DNA from: Macrostomum lignano
Taxonomy: Eukaryota
Length of the DNA: 64,000 bases
NCBI GenBank assembly: GCA_002269645.1
Contig: NIVC01001183.1
Coordinates: 124,001 to 188,000, forward strand
Direction of reading: 5' to 3'
Shown here: in pieces, positions 1-12,121 of the stretch
How positions within the stretch are numbered: the first letter of the stretch is position 1
Layout: the number at the start of each line of letters is the position of its first letter
Notes under the pieces: generated by a model
The model's input: only the letters and a program-made list of their open reading frames with translations
Told to the model about the DNA's origin: nothing
Databases searched by the model: none
Program-made: the position numbers and the translations under genes

Positions 1-382
1 GCACTGAGGGAGCGGAGAGGCAGATTCTCAAGCAGGGGGGAGCGGAGAGGCAGATTCTCAAGCACCGAGGGAGAGCGGAGAGGCAGATTCTCAAGCAGGG
101 GGGGAGCGGAGAGGCAGATTCTCAAGCACCGAGGGAGAGCGGAGAGGCAGATTCTCAAGCACTGAGGGAGCGGAGAGGCAGATTCTCAAGCACCGAGGGA
201 GAGCGGAGAGGCAGATTCTCAAGCACTGAGGGAGCGGAGAGGCAGATTCTCAAGCACTGAGGGAGCGGAGAGGCAGATTCTCAAGCACTGAGGGAGCGGA
301 GAGGCAGATTCTCAAGCACCGAGGGAGCGGAGAGGCAGATTCTCAAGCACTGAGGGAGCGGAGAGGCAGATTCTCAAGCACT
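1..382. repeat. 31-bp minisatellite (runs off the window start)
   Basis: Unit GCACTGAGGGAGCGGAGAGGCAGATTCTCAA. Confidence 0.95.
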
Positions 383-884
383 GCCGAGAGGAAGAGGTGG
401 AGAGTCCCGTGAGATGCAACACGAACTGAGTGCACACACTGAATGTATGTATCCATTTAAGCAGGAGCTATATAGCTTGTATTTGGTCCAAAACAGACAG
501 TATTGTATGGAGACTCCCTCCAGTGGTTTTTTGTAGCAACAAGCGAAAATGATGTTTATACATACATGTAGATAATAATTTCCTTTGATCTCGCCGCTTA
601 TACGAAATAACAAAACTTTCTGACCTGAGTTCGCGTCGCTTTGCCTGTTGTTATGATAAGATCCCTCCGTCCCCTGTGCCTTCTCATTCAGGGTCAAATG
701 CTCGCAGACTAAGGGCAAGAAAACTCGAATTTTGACCCCTACAGAATTGCACACGAGGTCGCGCGCTTCTGCGAGTATACTCATGTTTGCCAAACATGAC
801 TATTTTGATCTTTTTTACAGGAACAAACCAGCTCGTAGAATGTGTATTTAATTGATTAAATCTACTTCTTGCAATGTAACTTAA

Positions 885-1790
885 GACTCTTTCTCATCCC
901 CAATCTCTGACTCTTATTCATCTCCAATCTCTGACTCTTATTTATCTCCAATCTCTGACTCTTATTCATCTCCAATCTCAGACTCTTATTCATCTCCAAT
1001 CTCTGACTCTTATTCATCTCCAATCTCTGACTCTTATTCATCTCCAATCTCTGACTCTTATTCATCTCCAATCTCTGACTCTTATTCATCTCCAATCTCT
1101 GACTCTTATTCATCTCCAATCTCTGACTCTTATTCATCTCCAATCTCTGACTCTTATTCATCTCCAATCTCTGACTCTTATTCATCTCCAATCTCTGACT
1201 CTTATTCATCTCCAATCTCTGACTCTTATTCATCTCCAATCTCTGACTCTTATTCATCTCCAATCTCTGACTCTTATTCATCTCCAATCTCTGACTCTTA
1301 TTCATCCCCAATCTCTGACTCTTATTCATCTCCCGTCACAGAATCTTTCTTATCTCCAATCTCAGGCTCTTTCTTATCTCCAATCTCAGACTCTTTCTTA
1401 TCTCCAATCTCAGGCTCTTTCTTATCTCCAATCTCAGGCTCTTTCTTATCTCCAATCTCAGGCTCTTTCTTATCTCCAATCTCAGGCTCTTTCTTATCTC
1501 CAATCTCAGACTCTTTCTTATCTCCAATCTCAGGCTCTTTCTTATCTCCAATCTCAGACTCTTTCTTATCTCCAATCTCTGACTCTTATTCATCTCCAAT
1601 CTCTGACTCTTTCTTATCTCCAATCTCAGATTCTTACTCATCTTCAATCTCAGACTCTTTCTCATCTCCAATCTCAGATTCTTACTCATCTCCACTCTCA
1701 GAATCTTTCTTATCTTCAATCTCAGACTCTTTCTCATCTCCAATCTCAGAATCTTTCTTATCTTCAATCTCAGACTCTTTCCCATCTCCC
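885..1790. repeat. 24-bp minisatellite in two variant blocks
   Basis: CATCTCCAATCTCTGACTCTTATT, then TATCTCCAATCTCAGRCTCTTTCT after a junction near 1333. Confidence 0.95.
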
Positions 1791-2496
1791 TTCTAGGCAG
1801 CCTCATGAATGATACAACTGTAGTTAAGGAGCCAGTCACGAAAGCAACGCAACAAAACAGAACTAACTGCCTTTCATATACCGCTCGATCTGTTCTTTAT
1901 TTTGTTTCGATAATTTTGGCCTGACCCACTTGCGGGACATTCGTGACATTTGATTGTGACTCCTTTACAACCGCTGGGACAGCAAAGGTTGAGCCGACAA
2001 ACGAAACGTGAAAGCTCGTTTAACGCTTGTCTTTCAGTTTCCGGTCATTTCCGGTCAGTTTCCACTTTTATATAAGTACACTCACTCCGTTGCAACAGTT
2101 GCACCTGACCAGAGGATCATAGGGGCATAAAATCCTCAAGTACTATAAAGAGGAATTAATGCCCCCCATATGAAATATGACCCCGCCGACAACAATAAAT
2201 GCTCTATCAACCTGGATTGAGTATGAGAAATCTGTGACTTTTAAATTTGCGCCCCTCTTGGAATAATTTAAAGCTTTGCTTTGCTAAAAGTTTGCTAGCA
2301 GGATTCCAGAGCGTGCCGATCTGATGCCAATAGTAGTTGGCTCCGATCCGGTGCAGTGTTGAGCGCCTCCCTAGCGTGACTGCTCAAGGGTGAGCTCTCT
2401 TCGATCTCGGCCAGGTGTTATAAATTCTACGAATATTTATTTCCACTGCAGACTCTGGCTCTCAGTTCTGACTTGACTTGCATCTCCCGTACTGCT

Positions 2497-3481
2497 CTTG
2501 AGAATCTGCCTCTCCGCTCCCCCAGTGTTTGAGAATCTGCCTCTCCGCTCCCTCAGTGCTTGAGAATCTGCCTCTCCGCTCCCCCAGTACTTGAGAATCT
2601 GCCTCTCCGCTCCCTCAGTGCTTGAGAATCTGCCTCTCCACTCCATCAGTGCTTGAGAATCTGCCTCTCCGCTCCCTCAGTGCTTAAGAATCTGCCTCTC
2701 CGCTCCCTCAGTGTTTGAGAATCTGCCTCTCCGCTCCCTCAGTGCTTGAGAATCTGCCTCTCCGCTCCCCCAGTACTTGAGAATCTGCCTCTCCGCTCCC
2801 TCAGTGCTTGAGAATCTGCCTCTCCGCTCCCTCGGTGCTTGAGAATCTGCCTCTCCGCTCCATCAGTGCTTGAGAATCTGCCTCTCCGCTGCCCCAGTAC
2901 TTGAGAATCTGCCTCTCCGCTCCCTCAGTGCTTGAGAATCTGCCTCTCCGCTCCCTCAGTGCTTGAGAATCTGCCTCTCCACTCCATCAGTGCTTGAGAA
3001 TCTGCCTCTCCGCTCCCTCAGTGCTTAAGAATCTGCCTCTCCGCTCCCTCAGTGCTTGAGAATCTGCCTCTCCGCTCCCTCAGTGCTTGAGAATCTGCCT
3101 CTCCACTCCCTCAGTGCTTGAGAATCTGCCTCTCCGCTCCCTCAGTGCTTGAGAATCTGCCTCTCCGCTCACTCAGTGCTTGAGAATCTGCCTCTCCGCT
3201 CCCTCAGTGCTTAAGAATCTGCCTCTCCGCTCCCTCAGTGCTTGAGAATCTGCCTCTCCGCTCCCTCAGTGCTTGAGAATCTGCCTCTCCGCTCCCTCAG
3301 TGCTTAAGAATCTGCCTCTCCGCTCACTCAGTGCTTGAGAATCTGCCTCTCCGCTCCCTCAGTGCTTGAGAATCTGCCTCTCCGCTCCCTCAGTGCTTGA
3401 GAATCTGCCTCTCCGCTCCCTCAGTGCTTGAGAATCTGCCTCTCCGCTCCCTCAGTGCTTGAGAATCTGCCTCTCCGCTCT
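2497..3481. repeat. 31-bp minisatellite, reverse complement of the 1-382 array
   Basis: Unit TTGAGAATCTGCCTCTCCGCTCCCTCAGTGC. Confidence 0.95.
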
Positions 3482-3964
3482 CAATATCATCTTTTTCTCT
3501 CTCCATCCTTCTCTCTCACGTTTCTTTTCCGTGATCATGTTTCTTTTAATTGTCTTACGATCCATCGAACTAAAACATCCGTCCCTACTATCAGTAGTCT
3601 AATTGGTGCGCAACTGGTCTCCCCCGGCTGCCAATGAGTGGAGGAGACGCCCGGCCACATCCAATTGGCTGCAGAGCAATCAGGAGACCGCCAACCTCAA
3701 TCCGGTAAAACCTTCACCTTACAAATTGACCGCAGTTGATGCTCCTTGAAGAAGAACATATTTTGTAAGGCCAACAATTGTTAGGCATTTAAACACTGTT
3801 TTCATTGTCGGCACCAATTAGTCAGTCCTGATTCGAGAGATGATGGTACTGCTAGATCAGCGCAAGGACTGCACCAATAACTCCCGTAGGAGGGTTGCAC
3901 CTGTAAGTTGAAAATTTGCTAACTGAATTATTTCAACTAATTATATGCTTTGCTATCTTTGAGT

Positions 3965-4350
3965 TCTGAGGACCATCGTGGCCTCACATCCCAGGTCCTG
4001 AGGATCACCATATCCTCACATCCCAGTTCTGAGGATCACCATATCCTCACATCCCAGTTCTGAGGATCACCATATCCTCACATCCCAGTTCTGAGGATCA
4101 CAATATCCTCACATCCCAGTTCTGAGGATCACAATATCCTCACATCCCAGTTCTGAGGATCACCATATCCTCACATCCCAGTTCTGAGGATCACCATATC
4201 CTCACATCCCAGTTCTGAGGATCACCATATCCTCACATCCCAGTTCTGAGGATCACCATATCCTCACATCCCAGTTCTGAGGATCACCATATCCTCACAT
4301 CCCAGTTCTGAGGATCACCATATCCTCACATCCCAGTTCTGAGGATCACC
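3965..4350. repeat. 31-bp minisatellite with an internal hairpin
   Basis: Unit ATCCTCACATCCCAGTTCTGAGGATCACCAT; ATCCTCA/TGAGGAT stem; no spacers. Confidence 0.95.
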
Positions 4351-5403
4351 TATTTATATTTCGATACGAATCGATCCTAAATATTGGGTAATCCCAATCG
4401 CAAATCAAAACTAAAGCAAGGGGGGATTTCTTCTTCAACGAACAGCAACAATTTTCTTTTTTTAATGCGGAAACACCTGCGGAACTCTTGTCTGTCAAAC
4501 GCAGTTGCCTACCGAGTCGAGCCGAAAGCAAAACATCTGCAGACTGTCCCCACCCCCGGCCCCCATTGCCGCAGCAACTGACACGCCATGCGGTTCCCAA
4601 AAAAAACAGCTGAAAAAATGGCAAATTTCAATGGAAGGGGCATCCGCTTCGCTTCCACTTCCGTCTTGTATTGAGTCCCCCAAATTTCAAATTTTGTCTT
4701 GCTTCCTCTTTGAGCAGTTTGCTGCTGGACAAGTGGGCTGCTCAAACTGCTTTACAATGCGCTTCACTGCGCGATCACGCTTGATTGGCTCAAAATTTCT
4801 ACCAAAAATGCCTGTTTAGGTTTTTATTTAACCAAGACTACATACAGCAGTATCATATATAGAGCATTCCGTCTCGTAGTACTGTATAATATGTAATGCT
4901 TCATCACTTCCCGAGGCTAAAGCGGAACATTCAAAGGGACAAAGACCGTCTATGCAGGGCTTATATCAAACAATTGTATACAAGAGGCAGTTTGCTATAG
5001 TTTAAAGACAAAGAGTTTTGCATAGAAATTCAATGGGTAAAGTCTTGTGTTTGAAATAAAGTACCAATTGCAGGCCCAGATTAGTTGATTACAATCTCAA
5101 AAAACCGGCTTTCACCTGAGTGGCAGGGGGGGGTATGTTTGATTTCAACAAGTTGATCGCGTTTAAATTATTAACCACAGACAGACTGCACAGGGCACAG
5201 CGGCTGAAGTTGAGCACATGCTCATAGCTCGCATGTCGGTCTGTCTATTTGAGCTTTGTCTTCAACTCAACATTTGCTCAATCCAGCCACTTTTTCCTAT
5301 TATATTTACCGCGGCTCTTGCAAGAAGGATTTATGGATTTTTCGGGTCGGAATTTAATTGTTTGAACTTCTAAACTTCGTACAGTAACATCGAAATGAAC
5401 ATA

Positions 5404-6130
5404 GGCGTAGGAACGTTTCAAAAGTGGAGGGGCAGGTTCAGTGGTGGATTTAGGGGAAGGGGGCGCACAGGGCGCACGCCCCGCGAGTTAGTTTTTTTAT
5501 TTTTTATATGGGAAATGCACATTATCGTGTACCGATTATTTTCTGAATCGGTGTTGTCAGCACTCATTTTAGCTTCGCAGGCACTCATTTTGGCGCCGCA
5601 GGCACTCATTTTGGCACCGCAGGCACTCATTTTGGCGCCGCAGGCACTCATTTTAGCTTCTCAGGCACTCATTTTAGCGCTGCAGGCACTCATTTTAGCG
5701 CTGCAGGCACTCATTTTGGCGCCGGCAGGCACTCATTTTAGCGCCGCAGGCACTCATTTTGGCGCCGCAGGCACTCATTTTGGCACCGCAGGCACTCATT
5801 TTGGCGCCGCAGGCACTCATTTTAGCTTCTCAGGCACTCATTTTAGCGCTGCAGGCACTCATTTTAGCGCTGCAGGCACTCATTTTGGCGCCGGCAGGCA
5901 CTCATTTTAGCGCCGCAGGCATTCATTTTGGCGCCGCAGGCACTGTGTTTTATCGTCCTGCAGCAAAATGCATTCATGCAAAGCAGCAAAAACCAGAAAT
6001 AAGAGTAAATATAAGCAAAAAGTCTACATTTTGCATTTAAAATTTGGAGGGGCCAGATACCATTATTGGCTCCCCACTTTAAAAAGTGGGGCGGGGGGGC
6101 ATGGCCCCACTGTCCCCCCGTTCCTTCGCC
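5404..6130. mobile_element. TA-flanked MITE carrying an internal 21-bp minisatellite
   Basis: TA|GGCGTAGGAAC ... GTTCCTTCGCC|TA (11-bp TIR, 1 mismatch); G/C-run subterminal sequence typical of MITEs. Confidence 0.55.
5560..5945. repeat. 21-bp GGCGCC-core minisatellite
   Basis: Unit GCAGGCACTCATTTTGGCGCC. Confidence 0.95.
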
Positions 6131-7149
6131 TAACTTTTAGCGACTGTTCGCGTCATTCTGCTTCAGTTGTCCTTGCTCTTCCTCTGATTTCATTGTATAG
6201 CTTCCAATCCACTGAAGATATTTTTAGCACCTTTACCGGGGCCAGGGGCGTATCAGGTTAACCCCCCAGTAAGCCTACGCTTACTTAATGATGACGAGCA
6301 ACCGCGGAGAGAGACTCAAAGTTGACAAATGGAAAAGAAGAAGGGTAAAAAAGTGTTTCATCTGCTTTTAACTGGGCTCACTCATTCGGTAAGAGCCGTG
6401 CACGATGATTATAGGTAAGGTGAGACAATATGGCTCAAAGTGTGAAAAAAATCCTGAGACAAAATATAGGGAAAACCATGTGGAAATGTTACCTAAAACT
6501 GCTCTCTTAGTCTTACTTATGGTTTGAGCAGATCGGAGCTTGGAAGGTATCGAGTTACTAAATTATAATGCTAAAAAAGCGTTGGTCTAACTGACTTTTT
6601 AGTCGGGTTGTGTCGCACTGGACTGGAGCTGTTTGCGGCTCCAACGGGCTGAGTCACAGCCGCCCACACTATTCGATTTTTTATCCATCCTGCAGCCGTT
6701 TGTCGGTATCTCCCTTTGAAGACACGGGCCAGGCTCCCTGTGCAGTCAGTCCTCCAGCTAGGCCGTTCTGTCTCTCCGCTGAGTGCGCGGCCGCATGCGG
6801 TGCGGTGCCGTGCCGTGCACGCACGCCAAGCGGGGCCGGCTGCATTTCGCGGAAAACATGAAAAGCAAAGAATCAGAAGGAGAGAAAAAAGCCGTGAGAA
6901 ATCGGGAGGAAGTTTTTATTTTCTGGCTGACAGGCTTGAAGAGACAAGTTCCAGACCATGCAACAGTCGCAGTCAGGATTTGCATCTGTGAGGGGTCGCG
7001 AGCCAGAGCCACAACAAAGTCAGTGACATTGTAGCATAAGGTAATATTTTTCCCGGCGGGTCCAGGCTTTCCATTTCCAGTTTCAGTACTATCATCAACT
7101 CACCTTTTTTGTTGACAATCGTAAAAATTAAGATTCAAATTTTAAATGA

Positions 7150-7205
7150 ACTGCAGTCCGGGGGAAGCAATGGCCCTCCATGACCCACCCTTGGCTACGC
7201 CACTG
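7150..7205 (-). mobile_element. Solo MITE end related to the 31418 element
   Basis: TGGCTACGCCACTG = reverse complement of CAGTGGCGTAGCCA; no partner end with a TSD found. Confidence 0.4.
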
Positions 7206-7344
7206 CCGACCGTATATAGCAGGTCTAAATATAATCGATGCATTACAGGAAAATAGAAAGGTTTGCGGTATTTTTGGACCTTTTTCAATAATACCCTTAG
7301 TTTTATATCCAGAAACAAAAGACAGACAGGCAGGCATTCACTCC

Positions 7345-8080
7345 AGTCACTCCTGTCTGTCCCTCCTGTCACTCACCCTCCTGTCACTCACCCTCCTGTC
7401 ACTCACCCTCCTGTCACTCACCCTCCTGTCACTCACCCTCCTGTCACTCACCCTCCTGTCACTCACCCTCCTGTCACTCACCCTCCTGTCACTCACCCTC
7501 CTGTCACTCACTCTTCTGTCACTCACTCTTCTGTCACTCACCCTCCTGTCACTCACCCTCCTGTCACTCACCCTCCTGTCACTCACCCTCCTGTCACTCA
7601 CCCTCCTGTCACTCACCCTCCTGTCACTCACCCTCCTGTCACTCACTCTTCTGTCACTCACTCTTCTGTCACTCACCCTCCTGTCACTCACCCTCCTGTC
7701 ACTCACCCTCCTGTCACTCACTCACCCTCCTGTCACTCACTCACCCTGTCACTCACGCTCCTGTCACTCACGCTCCTGTCACTCACGCTCCTGTCACTCA
7801 CGCTCCTGTCACTCACGCTCCTGTCACTCACGCTCCTGTCGCTCACTCACCCTGTCACTCAACCTCCTGTCACTCACTCACCCGTCACTCACCCTCCTGT
7901 CACTCTTGTCTGTCACTCACCCTCCTGTAACTAATGTCTGTCATCCATCCTCCTGTCACTTTTGTCTGTCACTCACCCTCCTATCACTTATGTCTGTCAC
8001 TCACCCTCCTATCACTTATGTCTGTCACTCACCCTCCTGTCACTCATGTCTGTCACTCACTCTCCAGTCACTCACGCACC
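7345..8080. repeat. 15-bp minisatellite
   Basis: Unit CTGTCACTCACCCTC, degenerating at the 3' end. Confidence 0.95.
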
Positions 8081-9088
8081 AGCCAGTAGTTACTGTGTCA
8101 AAAAGGCAAGGACCTGCATGCCTGTGCACATGTAATCAGTGGGCCATTTTCCAACTAATAAATTGTTTGTCCAATAAATTATTTCTCTATAATTTAATTA
8201 GAACGTGTGATAAACAAAATTTGCGACAACAAATTAAAGCCGTTATGGCTGACTGAAGAAGTAATGCAGTAATTATGAGCTGTATAATGACTTGCCTCAG
8301 GCTTGCGACGCTAATGGCGGACGGCGGCGGCAACCCTTTGATCTCCTACCCCCTTCGTTCCTGACGTATTTTATTTGCTGACTGCGCACCGCACTAACAT
8401 TCTCCACACATCCAGCTCGGTGTGTCTCAACACTAAAGCAGTTCAAATAGAGATTAATTCTCCTATAGATTAGGCCTAGCAGGCACTATTATTTATCGAA
8501 ATATTGAAACACAGAGGTTTAAAAAGCTAGGTTAGAAAGGAATTTATCCGAATTGGCGGCAGGCATCAAAGGGAAGGGTGGGGAGAGAGACAGACCCTTA
8601 AGAATATAGCGGCTGTGAGAAATTCAACTTCAATAAAATCGAAATTAATTATATTCAGACTATTAGGCATTTGAGAAGTGGCATTGGTATCTGCTTTTCT
8701 TTCCACGAGCGTATTTCTGATTTTCTGTCCCGTTACGAGCGTAAGGCGGTGCATTTAAATTTTATGATTTTATAATCCTTTCGGTGACTTTCGCTTGGCC
8801 AAAGATTTGCTCTTTTATTGCAACTGACTGACTTAATAAACCCCCCTTTTTGGGGGTTGTAAATGCATTCTTGGTGTAGAAAGCGTGACAGTTTTATTAG
8901 TTTCTAGTGCTCCGTTGCTTCGTCTTAGGAATATATTGCGAATGTGGACGGAAGGAGTTGGCATTGACACCTAACATGCGTCTGTGTTCTAGGGAATTAA
9001 GCTGTAAATAATGAACTCAAAAATTTACCGCTGAGTCCTAATTTCCTGACTGTAAGAGTATTTGTGCAGCTTCAAAGATACTTAGAAT

Positions 9089-9334
9089 AAGATTCCTAGA
9101 AAAATATTTCCAGAAAAAGATACATGTTCCTAGAAAAAAATTCCTAAATAATATTCCCAGAAAATATTTCTAGAAAAAGATTACCCTAAAATAATTTCCA
9201 GAAAAGGATTCCTAGAAAAAAATTCCAAGAAAAAGATTCCCAGAAAAAGATTCAATAGAAAAATATTTCCAGAGGATTCCTACGAGTGACGGAGTCTTTC
9301 CTACGATTCCTACGAATATTTTTCTAGGAATCTT
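9089..9334. repeat. Degenerate TTCCTAGAAAAA cluster bounded by a perfect 19-bp inverted repeat
   Basis: AAGATTCCTAGAAAAATAT (9089-9107) / ATATTTTTCTAGGAATCTT (9316-9334). Confidence 0.65.
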
Positions 9335-11874
9335 TCGTGGAATCGAGGTATCAATATTTTGCTGCAACTAGATTAATTTAAAATAGTTCAGTAAATGGCA
9401 GCTCGTGTGAAATTTATGCAATAAATCTATTAGTATTCCCTACAGATTCCGAATCCATAGGAATCTTAAGTCTTAGCGGCTGGTGAAACATTTAACGATG
9501 CGTCATGCGTCACACTCCGCCTTGAGCACGGCACGAGCCCCGAGGCCTCCAAGGCTTTCTTTGTCTTTTCTCAATTCACCACGGACAAGCTGACAGACAC
9601 AACAGGGGGTGCAGGGATCGATTCAATTCTCCTGGTCGCCCCCTTTTTATCGCATTTTTTTATAGATGAGATGAGATAATCGAGCACATGCGATTGCGAA
9701 GGAGCAAGGTGAAAAATATGTCTGCACAGGACAATACAGTGGCTCTTGGATCGTAGATTTTTTATAGTCAGGGTTTGAGTCAGAGGGGATCAATCTATAT
9801 TAGGGATTATTGTGGGATGTTATATATAGATTATTTCTGTTCACATCACCTTCGCTTCTATAGGCCCCAACCCAAGCAACTGCAGGACGCTGATAAAAAT
9901 TGCCAGATAGAACCGCCTCGAGCGATGAAGGAAGCTGTGTTATAGGGCCCAGCATATTGTGGCTTTGATAAAAGTTTTTTTTCGGAAGCGAATCCCCCTC
10001 AGCATTTCCTTTCTTTTAACTCTCTGCTTTCGGCTCTTTCGTGTTTCATTGCTTCCATTATTCTTTCTTTCTTGTCTCATTATCGCCTCGCAGCGATGCC
10101 CCCCCCAGGGTCCAAATCCCCTCTGGCGCCGGGCCCTAATTCCCTATTCCCTTTGTTCTTTGCACAGTTTATATAAAAACTTTCTCCCTATGCGTGCTGT
10201 CTCTTTGTGTCCCAAAAATCCTAGCAGAGTGTAATCCTCAAAAGCCTCAACAATGATTGCACCTTTATCATAAGCAGCCCGAGGCCCACGCATGCAGGCA
10301 GGCCCCATATGGAAATACAACACCTGCTTTTTGGACTGCCCATGGGGAAAAATGACAGTTTACGCATTAGAGATTCTATAGGCACCGATTCCAATCAGAA
10401 CTCTTTCAGTGTCCTCTAAAACCTTGCAGGGACTTCTGTATGAGATTGTCTGAACTCTGGATTGGGGTTTGTTTAAATCGCAAACAGAGTTCTCCTTAAG
10501 TAGTTGAGTCTTAGCAAAGATCTGTAGCATAGATCCATGCTTGATAATAGTGTTCTTGACTTGCAATGCCCAATGTTGTCTCTGAGGAGGAGTATGTTAC
10601 AGATTTAAATCTTTAGACAGTGCTCAAAATACGCTGTGGTCGCGAGTTCTCAACCGTGCTCACGAGCATTGTCGCTTGATATTGAACAGATATTCTCAGG
10701 GGCTGTGATGCCTTCGACGGCAATTCATGCCCATTCCGCTGAGTCCTGAGCACATGCAAGCGCTCCAATACTGTACTCAGGCAAGCACTCAAACACACAG
10801 CTCACACAGGGTGTACACCGGCCCTTTGACCGCTGAGCTGCTCCGCCCCTCTCGCTTTGCATTTCACATTGTTTCTCTTTCACTCTGGGCCACCACAACA
10901 TCTCTGAGCCTCTTCAATAGCTGTCTTATTTTCCTAATGTTCACCTCGAACACTGAGGTCGAACACGGAGGAGGGCAATCGTCAGTCTTCTTCATTTAGC
11001 TCCCCACCCAAATTGTGTGGGTGTTTAGAAACGAGTGATCATTCATTCAAAGATTGACTATTAGCTGTTAGCGCCACTCCACTTTATAGCCCCCCCCCCG
11101 AGATTGGGAGGGAGATGCAGGTCAGACTCCCATCTCTCCATTAAACCTTCCGCCCTGGTCCACCCTGCGTAAACATTCAATAAGAAGAGGGGGGCGTCGA
11201 CGCAATGCAACGAAGTGGACAGACAGAGGAGCACGGAGAGAGGAGAGAGAATGCGTGGCGCACCAGTTATGCAATCATTGCGACAGTCACAGCTGGGAGT
11301 GCCCGAGTGAGCACCCCTGGACCGCCCTCTCCTCGGACTTGCCGACCTCCCACGTATATATAGGCACACACGCAGGGCATGTGGGCCCCGGGTAGAGAGA
11401 CGAATACATATTATATATATATAAATTATTCCTCACTGTTCCACGTTATATATTTGCGAGCGCATGCGTGCACCCCCCCCCTTCGATTCCCAATGCGGTC
11501 CATTTGCCCCAATGCCGACACCTACTTATATATAGATAGATAATAGACCGAGCCGATTTTCCACGGCACGCACTCCCTTATCCCCCCCCCTTCTATCTGC
11601 CATCTCGAAGCCGAACGAAGAAGCCCGTTGGGAAAAGTCGACTTTAACATTGGTGAAGACAAATTTGCCAGTTTGCAATATTAGGCCTGGCACATTCTCT
11701 CTCTCTCTGCGCGTATATTAGGGACTTATCTTGACGCGTCCCTAATCAAGTCCCGAATCCCGCTTGCCTCCTACTTACCAGCGGCAAAGTTGCAAAGTAG
11801 ATATCAAAGAGGACTGACTCCATCAAAGCCTACGCTAAAAGTGTATTAATAAGCAATTCACCTACCTGGAGCAG

Positions 11875-12078
11875 GTGTATTCCGAGGAGAAAATCGAACG
11901 AAGTCTGGCGGCAGCGGCGGCTGCGGCAGTTGCAGCAGCAGCAGCAGTCGATCAGCGGGGCACCGCCGAACCGGAGGCGCCCGCCAGCTGCTGCCGGACC
12001 CTGATCCTTCGGCGGCAGCGGCCCGACACGCCCTGGGGCTTCACCATCGCTGGCGGAGGCAGTTTGGTGGACTTTCGG
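11875..12078 (+). CDS. PDZRN3: PDZRN3/4 (LNX3/4)-family PDZ protein, first identifiable coding exon (start of PDZ1); true start exon not located
   Basis: gagcag|GTG acceptor; encodes VYSEEK...ILRRQRPDTPWGFTIAGGGSLVDFR (GFxI-GG carboxylate loop); CGG|gtgagc donor, phase 0. In-frame TAA at 11836 and no ATG, so an upstream exon is needed. Confidence 0.8.
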
Positions 12079-12121
12079 GTGAGCCATTTTTGGAGGATGC
12101 GCTTCACTGGACTGTCAATTG

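Noticed and set aside
374-793. 139-aa minus-strand ORF
   Set aside because: No recognisable motif, AT-rich and no splice partners found.
2302-2390. Exon-like segment with AG and GT boundaries on the + strand
   Set aside because: Stops in all three frames.
3965-4350. Palindromic 31-bp direct repeats resembling CRISPR repeats (also the 35-bp unit at 53228)
   Set aside because: Head-to-tail units with no unique spacers, no cas genes, eukaryotic context.
4346-4819. Several overlapping short ORFs
   Set aside because: No consistent exon chain could be built; the region looks more promoter-like and was left uncalled.
4833-4865. AAGACTA...ATCAT...ATAG similarity to the U3 snoRNA 5' end
   Set aside because: No recognisable B, C or D boxes downstream; short chance match.
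11790-11838. KLQSRYQR resembling the PDZRN3 coiled-coil RYQKK segment
   Set aside because: Out of frame with the PDZ exon and ends in a stop; too short to be significant.
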